Source: Eledone cirrhosa (Eukaryota). From it: DNA of 64,000 nucleotides. The position numbers and the translations under genes were made by a program. Of this stretch, positions 41,351-56,039 are shown piece after piece (position 1 is the first letter of the stretch; each line of letters begins with the position of its first letter). Location: contig OZ024743.1 of NCBI GenBank assembly GCA_964016885.1, positions 40,238,001-40,302,000 on the forward strand, given 5' to 3'. The notes below the pieces were generated by a model. That model was not told where the DNA came from. It worked only from the letters and a program-made list of their open reading frames with translations, and ran no database searches.

Positions 41351-41394
41351 CATACACACATACATACATCTATATATACATATACATACATACA

Positions 41395-41426
<32 letters not shown>

Positions 41427-41429
41427 CAA

Positions 41430-42454
41430 AATTAAGATAAATTAAATGAATTTAATCTAAATCAAAATTATGGGTATCATGCCAGAAAGACATGCGCCAT
41501 TTCACCCGGAAAATAAGCTCTAAGATTTTAACGAGTAGGTCCGTGCATTTTTTAATAACTAAAAATTGATTAATATATATATATAAACATGAGTAATCAC
41601 AGGAGATAATTTTTACAAGTGTGTAACCACACATTGCTAGGTAGGTAACTAAATAAAGTTGACCAGAACTTCAAAAATAGATATCTTATAATATAATTAA
41701 CCTTCCTTGTATATATTCCATTAGAGAAATATATTTCATCAATTAATCGGATGGTAAACCACGGATGAGGGGACTTGGATTTTCAACAAGGAAGAAGTTC
41801 CAGCAATCCGTGCTTACACTTCAAGTTCAAATCTGCGACTGGCCATCACCACGTGTAGTATTTACTAGAAATACACACATCATAGTAGCTTCGTCCCAGT
41901 GGCGTGAATAGGGTTATCGACAACTAGAAACAGCAGTCGAGTCCTTTCAACAGAGTTAGCTCTACAATTAAGGAGCCGTATTTATATATCTATATGCAAA
42001 ATTAAGATGTGTGTATTTCTAGTAAATACTACACGTGGTGATGACCAGTCGCAGATTTGAACTTGAAGTGTAAGCATGGATTGCTGGAACTTCTTCCTTG
42101 TTGAAAATCCAAGTCCCCACTTCCGTGGTTTACCATCCGATTAATTGGTGAAATATATTTCTTTAATGTAATATATACAGGGTAGATTAATCATATTATA
42201 AGGTATTATTTTTGAAGTTCTGGTCAACTTTATTTAGTTACCTACCTAGCTATGTGTGGTTACACATTTGTAAAAATTATCTCCTGTGATTATTCATGTT
42301 TATATATATGTTAATCAATTTCTAGTTATTATAAAATGCTCGGACCTACTCGTTAGAATCTTAGAGCTTATTTTCCGGGTGATATGGCGCATGTCTTTCT
42401 GGCATGACACCCATAATTTTGAATTAGATTAAATTCATTTAATTTATCTTAATT
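41430..42454. repeat. Large fold-back (~450-bp arms, 124-bp spacer) starting at (TA)n
   Basis: 41430-41881 is the reverse complement of 42006-42454, with high similarity by eye. Confidence 0.95.
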
Positions 42455-42915
42455 CTTTTCGATATCACGAGTTAATTTATTTTTTTCTTTTGTTTCTGTT
42501 GTCGCTGTGGTGGTGGTGGTGGCGGCGGCTTTCACACCTGCAGTCATTGGTAATGTCGGGAAATGAACATCTGCCTGAGACAAATTTAAAATATTGCTAC
42601 TGCTTACATTTCCAGTGTTGCCAAACGTAGCAATGTTTACAATGGTAGTGTCGGTGTGAAGTGTTAGATTGTGAGGAAGGAGTGAATCTGAGTCATCCAT
42701 GATTTTTCAAAGAAAAATGTTAGTTTGATAATTATAAAAAGTTTAAATTTTGGGCTCAAGGCCCCAATATTTTTGAGTGTCCTTTTCAGAAATCAATGTA
42801 TGTGCACTTATATACAGTGAAGAATGCAAACTTTCCATAAATGGCAATTTTAAACAACTGAAAATAACAAACCTTTGCGGGGCTCACGATGATACGATTT
42901 ACTACGTAGGTCGCC

Positions 42916-42975
<60 letters not shown>

Positions 42976-42976
<1 letters not shown>

Positions 42977-45900
42977 GTGATCCCTGGCTCAGCAGCAGGG
43001 ACCTGGTTGTCACCCAAATACTGCTGGTGTCGGAGGAAGAAGGAAAGGGACCAGAACCAACTGGACGAAAGAATTGAATAGAACTGTTATGCAATGTTAC
43101 CTGAAGAGTAACTCCAAGGAATAAGGTTATAGGAATACATGCATAACATCTGGAACGGGATTGGTCTATTTAAATTAGATGAACAAAAATTGGCCGGGCG
43201 GGCTCGGGTAATAAGAACTAATGGGTGGATAAGCGAGCTGGAACTGGAGGAACTGGGCAGAGAGATTAGGTTGGAAATGGAGAGTGGAGTATGTCAGGCA
43301 AATGAGCCAGTGGGAAATGAAGGTGAAGGGGTGAGAGACAGAGGAACCATCCGATGCAGACAATGATCTGAATGCTGAAATAAATAATACCTGGAACAAA
43401 GATACGGCCACTGAGGAAATGATTGTTGACGGGCTAGGAGAAGATTTGGTTGATATCCTAAACTTAGTGGTAGATGAAATGAACAATGATAGTGGGAAAC
43501 CTATGAACCTAAGATTTGTAGACATGAAAAAGTTAAAGGAAACAACAGGTAAGGTAAACAAAGTCATCCCATACCTTGAGGCGAGGAGCCTTCACCAGTG
43601 CAACAATATCCTCAAAGCAACAGCAAATGCGGTGAGGAAATTACTTGGCATAAATGCGAGAGGAAACAACAAACAAGAAAGATCAGAACCTTGGTGGAAG
43701 AAACGACAGAATGGTCAAACCAGGGAAATGAGAAATGACATTGGAAAGCTTGAGTCCCTGCTGAATGGGACACTAAAAAGCATAGACACTAAAAATAGAC
43801 TGGAAATAAAGTACAATACTAGGAGGAAAATGCTAAATATTATCATAGAGGAACTGAAGCAACGCATTGTAGCAAAGAGTGCAAAAATTAGGCGATACGA
43901 GAGCAGAGTCAGTCAGTATAGACAGAACCGCATTTTTGATAACAACCAGAAGATGTTGTTTGGACAACTTGAAGGGAAAGAAAGAGGCAACGACTTGATC
44001 CCCGAGGCGGAACAAACTAGGACATTCTGGAGAGGAATATGGGAGCAGGATGTTAAACATAATGACCAGGCAGTGTGAATTGAGACAGTACAAAAGGAGA
44101 TTAGTGAACAGGCACACCAACAAACTGATTTGAGTATCACGGTTGAAACTCTCAAGGGGCAGGCCAAAAATCTAACCAACTGGAAATCACCAGGCCCAGA
44201 TGGTGTGCAGGGGTATTGGATTAAAAATGTAACATCCCTCCACCCGAAACTGACAACCATGTTCAATGACTGCTTGATGTCAGGTGAGGTACCAGAGTGG
44301 TTGAAAATAGGTACCACAGTTCTGGTAATAAAAGACCGAATCAAGGCTAATGATGTTACCAATTATAGACCTATCACATGTCTGTCCGTAATGTGGAAAC
44401 TGTCGACAGGCATTGTGTCTGAGGAAATCTACCATCACCTCCATACAAACAACTTGTTACCGTACGAACAGAAAGGATGCCGAAAGAAGTCCCGTGGTAC
44501 AAAGGACCAGTTACTTATTTATAAGATGGTAATGAGGAATTGCAAGAGGAGAGACACTGGTCTTATCATGGGATGGATAGACTACAAAAAGGCATTTGAC
44601 ATGGTGCCTCATTCTTGGATCACCAAAAGCTTAGAGATCTTCAAGGTGGCAGATAACATCAGACAGTTGTTGAGCAAAAGTATGAAGTCCTGGAAAACAG
44701 AGTTAACAACAGCTGGAGAATCCTTGGGAGGCGTGAAGATCAAGATAGGTATCTTCCAGGTAGATAGTCTGTCCCCTCTGTTGTTTGTCCTTGCCCTGAT
44801 GCCCCTGACCATTATACTGCGAAAAGTGAGAGCAGGATACAAGTTGGGAAAGGGAGAGCTTACCATTAATCACCTCATCTTCATGGACGATCATAAGCTC
44901 TTCGGGAAGAGTGAGAAGGAGTTTGATGTGCTTGTTGACACTGTCCGTATTTTCAGCAATGATATATGTATGCAATTTGGTATTAGTAAGTGTGGAGTTC
45001 TTGTGATGAAGAGGGGTAAATTGAGCAGAAGCAACGGAATCCAGGTACCAACAGATGAGATGTTAAATGAAATTGACTCTGAAGAAGGATCCACTGAAGA
45101 AGGCTGATGACATCAAGAACAAAAAAAAATGAAGGAACTGATAAGATCTGAATACATTCGGAGAGTAAGGAGCGTATTAAAATCACATCTGAACAGTAGG
45201 AATGCCATAAGTGCAGTAAATTCCTGAGCTGTGTCTATTATTAGGTACAGTGCGGGAATTCTGAGATGGCATATTGCTGAACAAAAAGAAATGCATAGGA
45301 AGACTAGGAAGCTATTGACTATCTACAACATATTCCACAAGAGGAGTGATGTCGATAGAATCTACTTAAGGAGATCTGAATGTGGAAGAGGTCTTATCAG
45401 CATAGAGGACTGTGTTCAGATGGAGAAAAACAACCTACACAAATACGTGACCGATAGTAAGGAGCCAATGCTCAGAATTGTGCTAAAGGAGAGGACAATA
45501 GACCAGGGGATGTCCAAGGAGGGAATAACAACGATGAGAAAGAGCAACCTTCATTAAAAATCCCTTCATAGTACCTTCTTTGAGAAAACGGAATTCAGAG
45601 ATCCACAGACATGGAACTGGTTGAGAAGAGGAGACCTTAAAAAGGCTACAGAAGGAATGCTAATGGCTGCGCAGGAGCAGGCCCTCAAAACGAAGTGGCT
45701 GAAACACCATATTTACAAGGAGGAGGCTAGCCCACTGTGCAGGATCTGTGGTGTGAGTAAACAATTTACCACATTCTTTAGAAGTGGTATGAGCATAAGC
45801 CAGAGTCGGTGATAGAAAACGATCAGGTGAAGGTGATTTTTGGATACAGACGGACAAGAAACTGGAACACAATAGACCTGACCTGTTGGTTTTCAACAAT

Positions 45901-46246
45901 GAAAAAAGACCGTGCCTGATTGTGGATGTGGCCTGCCCATTCGACACGAGAGTGCAAGAGAAGGAGAGGGAGAAAATTAACCGATACCAGGTATTAAAGG
46001 GGAAGTTAAAAGAAGTCAAAGTGGTCACGTTTGTCATAGGCGCACTTGGTACTATCTCAAGGAGTTTCCAGGGATGGTTAAAGAAAATTGGCCCCGCCCC
46101 GCTTTTTGGAATACATCAAAAGGCATGCTTGCTGGGAACAGCAAGAACTCTCCGATACGTCCTGAATATCTGAGGCTGCAGGTAGTGGCTTGATATTTAT
46201 TTCAACAAACTTTCCAGTTAACTAACATCAATGACTGAGACTCAAA

Positions 46247-46247
<1 letters not shown>
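42976..46247 (+). mobile_element. Dong/R4-clade LINE, copy 3 (same family as copy 2), inserted in (TAA)n
   Basis: WKSPGPDG, NYRPITCL, FMDD, CRICG, RPD, IVDVACPFD, VIGALG; (AAT)n at 42916-42975 and 46248-46303; ~75-nt 3'UTR. Confidence 0.93.
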
Positions 46248-46307
<60 letters not shown>

Positions 46308-46308
46308 G

Positions 46309-46353
<45 letters not shown>

Positions 46354-48089
46354 TTACTATAATTGCCGACGAGCTGTAAACCACTTCCTATTTCAAAATA
46401 TCCTTTTTAGAAATTATTGTGATTGTAAAAAAAAAAAAAAAAAGTTTAAGATTTTTCTCAAATTTATTGATATTTTTTAAACATGTAAAATGCAATAACA
46501 TTTTTTCAGTAAATATTTAATTGAGAAAATCGGTCAAAATATTTTAATGATGAAATTTTATATCATATTCTGTTGGTAAATTTGTGGGAATTTGGCTGCT
46601 ATTTCTAGCCGCTTGATTGACCATCTAAAGAAGTTGTTCCCAACCTGGATTTTAATGACCTTTCTGTGTCCGTAAATTTAGGCCTGGGGACTCAAAGCGC
46701 TCTATCTAAAAGTGATTTGATTTGATAAAACGGTAATAGACAGAATTGTGTAGACATTCTTCTAGAGCTAAACAATCCGTATGACAAGATGGGAGTAATT
46801 GTAGCGAGCTTGGTGTACGTAGCAAAATATATATATACAATAAATTCCTTGGTAGTGAACAATTTGGGAATGACTGAAGATGATGTAAGGTATTTGGGTG
46901 TTATTTCTAACAGGTTGAATGACCCTGTAAAGCAGTTCTCAATCTATATTTAACTGACACTTGGGGATTCGTGTGATACGTTCTACTTTTCTTGTACTTC
47001 GTGAAAACATAATATTCCACAACATTTTTCTGACCTTTCTTTTTTTAATAAAACACATCACTTTCAAATAATATATTCCTGAATAAATAATCAATTAGTG
47101 GAATCATTTTTGTGAGGGCTGGATGAAGCCTATTTAAATAAAAGCGGTTACTTGTATTGAACAGTTTAGCAACCACTGATGGAGAGACTTGATGGTTTGA
47201 TTACATTAAGATATACAGGGTGAATTCTAAATACAAATGTGACTTTTGGGACACCCGGTATAAAGAGTAATGATCGTTACACATTTTTGTACTTGCACAT
47301 TCCTGTGGCATTTTAGCCATAGATAAACTAAAAACACGTTCAATTCAATTTAGATTTATCATTTTCATCTTTGTGTCAAGGCTTTCATCACAAACGCTAT
47401 CGCTTAAGAGGATTGAGCAAAGGCCTTTGATAGATTTCTGGAATTATATTACCTAATGCGACGTCTTGTTAGACCATGGGGTAAAGTTTTCAGTGATGTT
47501 TGACTGCTATTTACAGCAGTTCAAGCGACAACGAAGAAGCAAAATAATAATTTAATTTTCTTGCGTTCACTGCGGTGGAGTGGCAGCGTTAGTAGTGCGT
47601 GCGTGGAGTAAAATATCATTACGATATTTATTCCGGTCCTTAATGTTCTAAGTTTAAATACCGCCGAGCATAGTTTTACCTTTGATGATCACGCGTTCAT
47701 CGACATCCCCTTCAAATTGCCTGCAATGAGCCAGAAGTAGAAACAACTATTTACTCTTGGTATTCTTGGTTTATTTAAAATTAGTGGAACGTTGACGACG
47801 GGAATGACGGCAATAGCGTTGAACCTATTTAATTGTTTCTGTCACATACACCAGGATTATGATATATTATAGTAACTGAATCATTTGTGTTTTAATAAAT
47901 TAATGGCTTGTTTAAAAGAGAACATATAGCTGACGTTGAATACTGTGCCATGCAAATAGTTAAAGAAAAGAATAGCATTAATTTTTTTAAATCATTTCTA
48001 GGGTACACTTACCTAAATGTTCAGCATATATGTACACAGGATATACAAGATGATATATATGAGAAACTACGGGAATCCCCAGCCAGTTC

Positions 48090-48495
48090 TTTAAAATTGA
48101 TTCGTTTGGATATCAGTATTGTTCCATAAATTGCGTAAATGGAAGACCGTCGGATGCATTGAATCTGTAATTCACAAGCCAAACTTTCTGACAACTTGTG
48201 TAACGCTGATTCGGGCTACATCTTAATTTAAGTATACATTTTGGAATACTCAGCTACGTTCGCGTTAATGGAGGGAGGATCCGCCATAACTGACAGTAAC
48301 GTTATATCTTAGGCTGGAAAATTAATGTCTTCCAGAAATTTCAGTGGTGAATTTATTCATATATCCATACGAAACAAAAAACGCACCCTTTTGGCTGAGG
48401 TTATTGTACATGTATGAAACTGTTCAAGGTTGAAAACTTGAAAATGCAGGACAGTAGCCCTTGACATTCCCCAGGGTCGATCCTAGTTCCATCCG
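48090..48495 (+). pseudogene. Highly decayed CR1/L2-like RT fragment
   Basis: gacattccccagggtcgatcctagttcca resembles GVPQGSILGP with a frameshift; weak upstream RPISI-like motif. Confidence 0.3.
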
Positions 48496-48576
48496 ATCTA
48501 GAATAGCGAAAACCTGCGGAATCCAGAACAAAACATGAAAAGCGTTTCAGTGAAGTTTTACATTAACGTGACCGAG

Positions 48577-48658
<82 letters not shown>

Positions 48659-50169
48659 AAACATCACTTCAAATTAGCTCCATAGCTCCATTTATCACAT
48701 GCATGTACTTCCGGGGTTACTCTGATTGCAAATATATGATAGTTAAGAGGTGGGAGGCACAGTGAAATTCGCATTTATTATCATAGACTTATGAAGCCGG
48801 CGATTTAGGAGAACTGTTAAAATGACAGAATTGTTATTCTAGGAGAGATTTCTACCCTATGGTCCCTTGCTACCATTCTATCTTTTGTTCTAACCCTCCT
48901 GCGTAGAAGACCTGATCTGTGTTTAGACCTAGAGAGAGATTGGCTCCACGTGGTTTAAAATATTAATTGAACGATTTATATCACAACAATGTCTTTCTAA
49001 TGCATTATGTGTTCAAGGACCATGAGTGGATATATTTTGACTATATTAGATTTAGATGAGTAGTCTATCGAATGTATAGACTGTTAATTGCTGTGTTTGC
49101 CTTATTACAACATGCAGTCAACTTATGTTGTTATTTCACTCTTTTATAATGCAATGGCTTCCATACATATGCTTATTACACCATTGATAATCTGGACTCT
49201 GTTTCACTCAAGAACATTTCTCTATATGACTAACGTAATAGCATTACAATGTGTATTTAAGAAGTCTCCGACACTATTGTTAAGATATAATATGATTTCA
49301 TATAGAGACTTTAATTTTAGCCAATTTGTTCTTGCTTACTACATATATTTATATATCTTAATCTGACCCAAGTATTGAACCTCTGCATGATCTAATGTTT
49401 CTGCTAGACTTCACAGCTAAATGTGGTAAATTAATTCTTATTTTTTTTTTTTTTTTAGAAAAAGGAAAGTTACATTCTCCAATATAGTTCTGCAATACCA
49501 TGACATGAACGGTTAATATCTATGGGCACCTAGATGTCGATTTCTTTCGGAGAAGAATGGGGTAGAGAGAGAGTGATATATATACAGAGAGAGGAAGAGA
49601 TAGAAATATACAGAGAGAAGAATATAGAGGGGTGGAGAGAGAAAGCAAGAGAGAGACGAAGAGAGGAAGGATGATAGAGATATGATGAAAAAATCAATAC
49701 AAATATTGGACTTGTGCATTATTTATCGAGCTCGAAAGCACAACATGCAAAATTGATAGGATTTGAATTTAGAGCGGCGAATCGAGTTGTATCCGGCGTT
49801 CTAACAATTCTGCCAATTCTTCGAAAATATGCCATATAAGTTTAATTATTCTATCAACACAAATTTTTGTTGAGTATTTAATATTCTGAGAATGTGAGCG
49901 AGTTGCTGGATTGTGTTGTAGATGCATAGCCTGCAGAGATTAGATCTTATCACTCAGGGGTCTTGAGGGACTGAGAATGGGAAACACAACATATGTAAAG
50001 GCAATGGTTAAGACATGTGAAATTTTATCGCATAGGAGAGGATATTGTCAACCAATATATTTATGGAAATATGTATGTATGTATGTGCGTATTTATGTAC
50101 GTACATATGCACGTAGGTGACTACATATATATATAAGAACGTATTGAAACGTATATATGCATACATGTA

Positions 50170-50350
50170 TCATCAGTCGATCGACTTTCGTCAAATCGGA
50201 CCGAGGAAACTATCTTTCCATGGCTCTTTCCAATTGCTAATAATATATATCGGTCGCTCAAGGACATAATGTATCACCGGTCCGGGAATCGAACTCACAT
50301 CCTCACGATTGCGAATCCAATTCTCTGATCCTTCAGCCACACACCTTCAT
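50170..50350 (-). mobile_element. Family B SINE
   Basis: Reverse-complement homolog of 4607-4830 with an internal deletion. Confidence 0.8.
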
Positions 50351-50486
50351 GTATATAACGTGGTGAATCGGCAGAGGTTTTAGAGTTTCGGATTAAATGA
50401 CTCGGTAACTCTTCCGATACACTGTGCCCAGAGCTCAAGTCCCACCCAGATCATTTTTCTTTCATTATTTCTGAGTTCAAATAGTA

Positions 50487-50672
50487 AGGCGGTGGATTGG
50501 CAGTATCGGTAAGGGTCGGACGCCATGCTTTGAAGCATAGAGTTACCTCCCTTAATGATCTGAGTTCAAATCCCGCCGAGGTTAACTTTGCTGTTCATCC
50601 TTCGTCGATAAAATAAAGTACCAGTAATGTACTGGTTATTGCTGGCCTTGTGCCAACAGTAGAAACAATTAT
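50487..50672 (+). mobile_element. Family A SINE, preceded by a degenerate copy at ~50360-50480
   Basis: A box TGGCAGTATCGG, B box GAGTTCAAATCC, tail ggccttgtgccaacagtagaaacaattat. Confidence 0.9.
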
Positions 50673-50909
50673 GTTGTACTTGATAAATAAGTTACACAAA
50701 TAAGAGCGATTCTTTGTTAAATGATTGGACGGGATAAATGTAAAATCTGATCCGATATTATGCGCTTTGTGTTCCAAGCCGCAACTTATTGTAAGGAGTT
50801 GTGATGAAGAGATATTATCAGCAATGTAAATATCTAATGATGGCATAGTTTTATTGTTCCAATCTGGCGGTTGACTAAAGAAAAGGCGTGTAAATATGTA
50901 TGTATCCTT

Positions 50910-50946
<37 letters not shown>

Positions 50947-50961
50947 GAGAGAGAGAGATGT

Positions 50962-50996
<35 letters not shown>

Positions 50997-51098
50997 TATG
51001 CATACATATGATATGTACCTATATCTGTAAGTGTTGTCTGTTTACGTCTGGGTGCGGTTAAGCAGCAATATATGTATAATCACTTTTTTTGTTTTTTA

Positions 51099-51132
<34 letters not shown>

Positions 51133-51333
51133 TTGTGTGTATGTGTATAAATATACCTTTGTGTTTGTGATTGAATGTTATTTTTGATGTGATTAAGTCT
51201 AAACCCTTTGAACGCATTATCGATCTATTTGTTGGAAAAACAATCTGAGAATAAAAATATCTAATCAATAATTTACAAAATCACTCAGACATTTTTATGT
51301 TATGCATTTACAAATATCATACACGCACACATG

Positions 51334-51444
<111 letters not shown>

Positions 51445-51519
51445 TATTTGCATACAAACAAACATGTAAACGCACACACACACGCGCACACAAACACAGA
51501 AACACACACACACACATTA

Positions 51520-51615
<96 letters not shown>

Positions 51616-51619
51616 TGAG

Positions 51620-51995
51620 TAGGTTGTACCCTCCAGTGATAATACACGAAGGTGATTTATCCCCATTTAGTAAACATACCCAAAACGAATCCTGGATATC
51701 GGTTTGTATATCAGAGAGGTGGTTTAAAAGTCGTTCCCTTAATCATGAAACGATCTTCAGATACACAAATAAAAGAAAAACTACAAATTTGGCGGATAAA
51801 ATACAGCAAATCAAGGAGAACATAGACTTCAAATGGATGTCGCTGGCAAAATCTCGAACTTATATAAAGGGGCTCAAAGCCACCAGATTATACAATGACG
51901 AGAAATGGTGGATATTGAATACTCTCTACAAAAACAAATCGCTTAACACAATAACTGAAATTTATAAATATGTTTCAACCATCCTTAGTATTTAA
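51620..51995 (+). pseudogene. Penelope-like GIY-YIG endonuclease remnant
   Basis: VIIHEG...SERWFKSRSLNHETIFRY...TTNLADKI...KWMSLAKSRTY...EKWWIL...LN follows the PLE endonuclease pattern. Confidence 0.6.
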
Positions 51996-52344
51996 TATTG
52001 ATATTTATTTGTTTCCAACAATAATTATATCCTATTTTCATGATTACTTTCTAGACCTTTCTAACATGTCGCATTTTTTCGATTAAGTTCTCTACCCGAG
52101 ACGAATTACACCATTACCCACACTGTATACAGCTCTTTTTATCTGCTTATTTTCTTCATTTTCCACGTAAACATTTTCCTGTTCGTTTTCATCAGCACAT
52201 ATTGAACAACTAGCTCCTCCAGACTAACGAAACTTACGTACCTGGTCTGGCCTCATTTTAGTAACTTGCCTTCATAATTGCATAAAAATCGCCGAACGGA
52301 CTTCAGTTGCACTATACCTTGCATATAGTTAGCCAAATATTACT

Positions 52345-52397
<53 letters not shown>

Positions 52398-52402
<5 letters not shown>

Positions 52403-53395
52403 TTCAAGAGTAACCAATCTTAAAGAGAGAGACCGAGATAGGAGAGGAAAGATATGAGAGGAGAGATTGGTGAATTAGTTAGAATCCAAAAGTAAAGGCA
52501 TGTGCTCAACGTGCAATATGCAGTAGAAAGCAGCTAGGTGGCTGGGTTCATGCAGAAGTTAGGTGCGCAGAGCTAGAAATATTCATTAGTTAAGCCAAAC
52601 AAGACCACAAACTTCACAATGAAGACATTATTAAAAGATTGTCAACATATTTTAGTTTGATGTAAGGAATGTAGAGAATAATAATTATAATAATATTAAT
52701 AATAATTGTTTCTACTTTAGGCACAAAGCCAGCAATTACCCAGTACATTACTGGTACTTTATTTTATCGACCCCGTAAGGATTAAAGGCAAAGTTAACCT
52801 CGGCGGGATTTGAACTCAGACTGTAAAGGGGCGTAACTATGCTAGAAAGCATGGCGTCCAACCCTCTACCGATACTGCCAATTCACCACCCTTATAATAT
52901 TAATAATAATAATGTCCGTTTACAATTGTTTCGCTACTCCATATAATCAGATGACTATATATCATAATTGATCTGGTTCAGTTGAAAATAATTAACACAT
53001 TTGAAAACAGAGCGGCTCATCGGAACTGCAAAGGAATATAAATTAAAATAATGAGAGAATGTTACATAATATAATGTTCCATATATTGCTTTTTACTATG
53101 GTGTCTTGGTTGCATCAGTTGTCAGCCATAATCAAGCAGTATTCATCTGTCGAGGCTGCATTGTGTGAGATCTGCCTATGGGTAACAAGATGGCTGACAA
53201 AGGGCATATTTACCATACTAATTAGAGGGTGGTTTCAAGGGAAGTAATTCCTCGAGAGAGTAGAAATTGTGATTGTTAATAGTTAAGTGGTAATTTTTAA
53301 ATTTTTTTAATTGAGAGACAATGTAGGGGAGGTAACTTATAATTATCGAGTTGTTCATAGCAATTTAACTTATTAGCTACAAGTAAATATGGGGC

Positions 53396-53398
<3 letters not shown>
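52398..53398 (-). mobile_element. Inverted second copy of the 27910-28710 PLE-like repeat, with a SINE insertion
   Basis: Colinear reverse-complement match; (TA)n on both sides. Confidence 0.88.
52707..52893 (-). mobile_element. Family A SINE with a 17-bp target-site duplication
   Basis: ATAATATTAATAATAAT at 52690-52706 and 52894-52910. Confidence 0.9.
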
Positions 53399-53448
<50 letters not shown>

Positions 53449-54469
53449 GTTTTCTCTCCGACATATCTGTATACATATAATCATATAAATTTCGTAAATT
53501 TGTAACGATATATGGTATGTTTAAAAATAAATATGTGGAATGCTGTCTAGCTATGTTTATTGAAAGGCTGATGCCTAGTGAATTCCATCAAAAGTAGCGG
53601 GGGACAACTGCCAACCTGTTTCCAGCGCTGATTAGCATCGGGGAATGATTCCCTACTTATTTGTAATAGTAGAAAATATAAAATTTTTCCGCCAATGTAG
53701 AGAGTCTCATATATGTCATCATCAACGTTACAGATCACCAGGGTACAGAATTGGAGATACTGGCTACTCAAATGGGACGCGTGCCTAAATCTAGATTACA
53801 TATGCACCTGCAATATACGGGATGCACCATCTCTAGGAAGGTTGTCATATGTTTGATAAATTTGAAGAATCATCCCGACTCTTTGTTTAAACATAAAAGT
53901 TAACTACATTATGATATTAAAAACGATTAAATATATATAGGTAAGGAAGGTAGCTGAACCACCTAGCATAGTTGCCGAGATGCGAAAACAAAATTACCTA
54001 CTAGTCAGATGCATAATCAAAAACATAATTCAGTTTGGTGGGAGACCCAGTGACTGGTGCAGCACTGAGTTTGTAAATTGCTACAAGGGCAAATGAGACG
54101 CTAGAGAGTAGTAGCTACTGAGATATCAAGATTGATTCCGTCATTAACGTTACTGTAAGAGTTATAGCGCAAGTAATTAGGGACAGATTCTATCCAGGTG
54201 CTATGAAGATAGGTTATGTGCGTATTAGGATACAAATGACTACAATAAAAAGGACGAAAATTCCGCGTGTAAAGAGTAAATTATAATAGGTAAATAAGAA
54301 CATAGGTAAATAATACCATAGTAAAGGGGTAAATAGAAATACCATAAAGTATAATATTTAGTCACCCAATAGATGAGATTGTATTACAGGCAGAGGAACA
54401 GATAATGTTGACTTTGCGGCAGATACACAGAAGACATAGGCACTGTGAGCAGACGTGAAATAGATTGAC

Positions 54470-55000
54470 TCAGTTACCCGGGAGAACTCCCTGGAGGATA
54501 TTGACAGTTTTCGTTGCCTAGGTTATCTAATAGAGTGAAGCTGGTCATGAAAAGTGGTATCTAACTTAATAAAAAGCTAGAATATATTTAGAGTGCCAGT
54601 AACTCTGCTAACTACAAAATACATCTCTCTCGGAGTGAAGGTAGTCAATATGAAGACCTGCATTTAAATGTGTAATGATACATGGCAGCAAGACATGGTT
54701 CTTGACCTGTGAAAGGAATGAAGCGATAGTGTGCATGAAAATCTGAGCACAAACAAGGTGAGAGAAAAAGCTCTGTTTAAGTGGGGTTCGTTGCAGTGTA
54801 CAGGGGACAAGACTGTGATTTTGTGGATATGTGATGTGTATAAAAGATAACAGCCATACAAAGAACTGAGAAAATCTCAGGGTTCAGGATTCATTGAAGA
54901 GAAATTCAGAGGACGACATGTAATGATGTAATGAAAACAAAGTTTAGGAAGCTGAAACGTGGTGACATGCGTTCGATTAGAGAACCACATGCCAAGACAA
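54470..55000 (+). pseudogene. Decayed RTE-clade ORF fragment (post-RT region)
   Basis: SLEDIDSFRCLG, ISLGVK, VMIHGSKTW and ERNE motifs across frames. Confidence 0.55.
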
Positions 55001-55237
55001 AAAAGTGACCTGACACCACTCCGTTTAGTCCTTCTAAATTAGTGTTAGCCTCTCTGTTCACTACTCAATCTAACATGCATCAGCCCACCATCATCATACT
55101 CTCATCATCCTTTCAGACTTCATCTGACATACGTACGTAGATGACCTAGCTTCTCAATTCTTCTTTCCCCCACACGAACTCTTGATTACTGACATTGAAC
55201 TTTTTACTCCTCCACTTCATGTAAATTACACATGGAG

Positions 55238-55279
<42 letters not shown>

Positions 55280-55955
55280 ATAGAGGTGTAACACACAAGT
55301 TATGATATATTGGTAAACGGAATAGAAAATGCTGACAAATTGTTCACAGTGAAAAATAGTTTAATTAGGAATAAGTGATAATTAGTAATAGTATTGGTTA
55401 GTATTCAGTTTTGGTTTTAAGTTTTACCGGTTGCGCATTTCTAATGCTTTTCAAAAATAATTTTGAGATAGAGCGTCCGTGAAGTTTGCTCAGATCTGAT
55501 TAGTTTGGAAAATTCTACCTGTTTTTATGTTAAAAAAAGTGGCTCCAGCGGTATTAAAATAAGTTTTACGCCAATTCGTGTTGCAAAAATTCTTGTGGTC
55601 AAAACAATTTTGATTGGTCGGTAGAGGTCATGTGAATGTAAAAAAATTGATTTTGCGCCAAATGTAGGTTTGTGTCGGCTGACTGAGAAATAAGTATTTC
55701 ACAACAAATATGTGTGTGTGTGTGTGTAGTAGTAGTAGTAAAGAGGTTCGTTGTTGTGATAATGGTCAGCAGGGATGTGTGTGCGAACTGCAGCCTGTTG
55801 ACAGTTCAAATGCCTATTAAGAAAAGTGTGCGTGTGTGTGTGTGTAGCAGAGTAATTCGTAGTAGAGGGATGGTCAGTAGGAATGCGTCTGTAAGTGTGT
55901 GGGGGATATTTTAACATGTTAAAAGATATTTTTTCAGCTCTTGTCTTATACGGAG

Positions 55956-56039
<84 letters not shown>

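Noticed and set aside
53690-53830. Possible further PLE protein remnants (also ~50700-50890 and ~55400-55690)
   Set aside because: Only vague motif resemblance; cannot be supported without a profile search.
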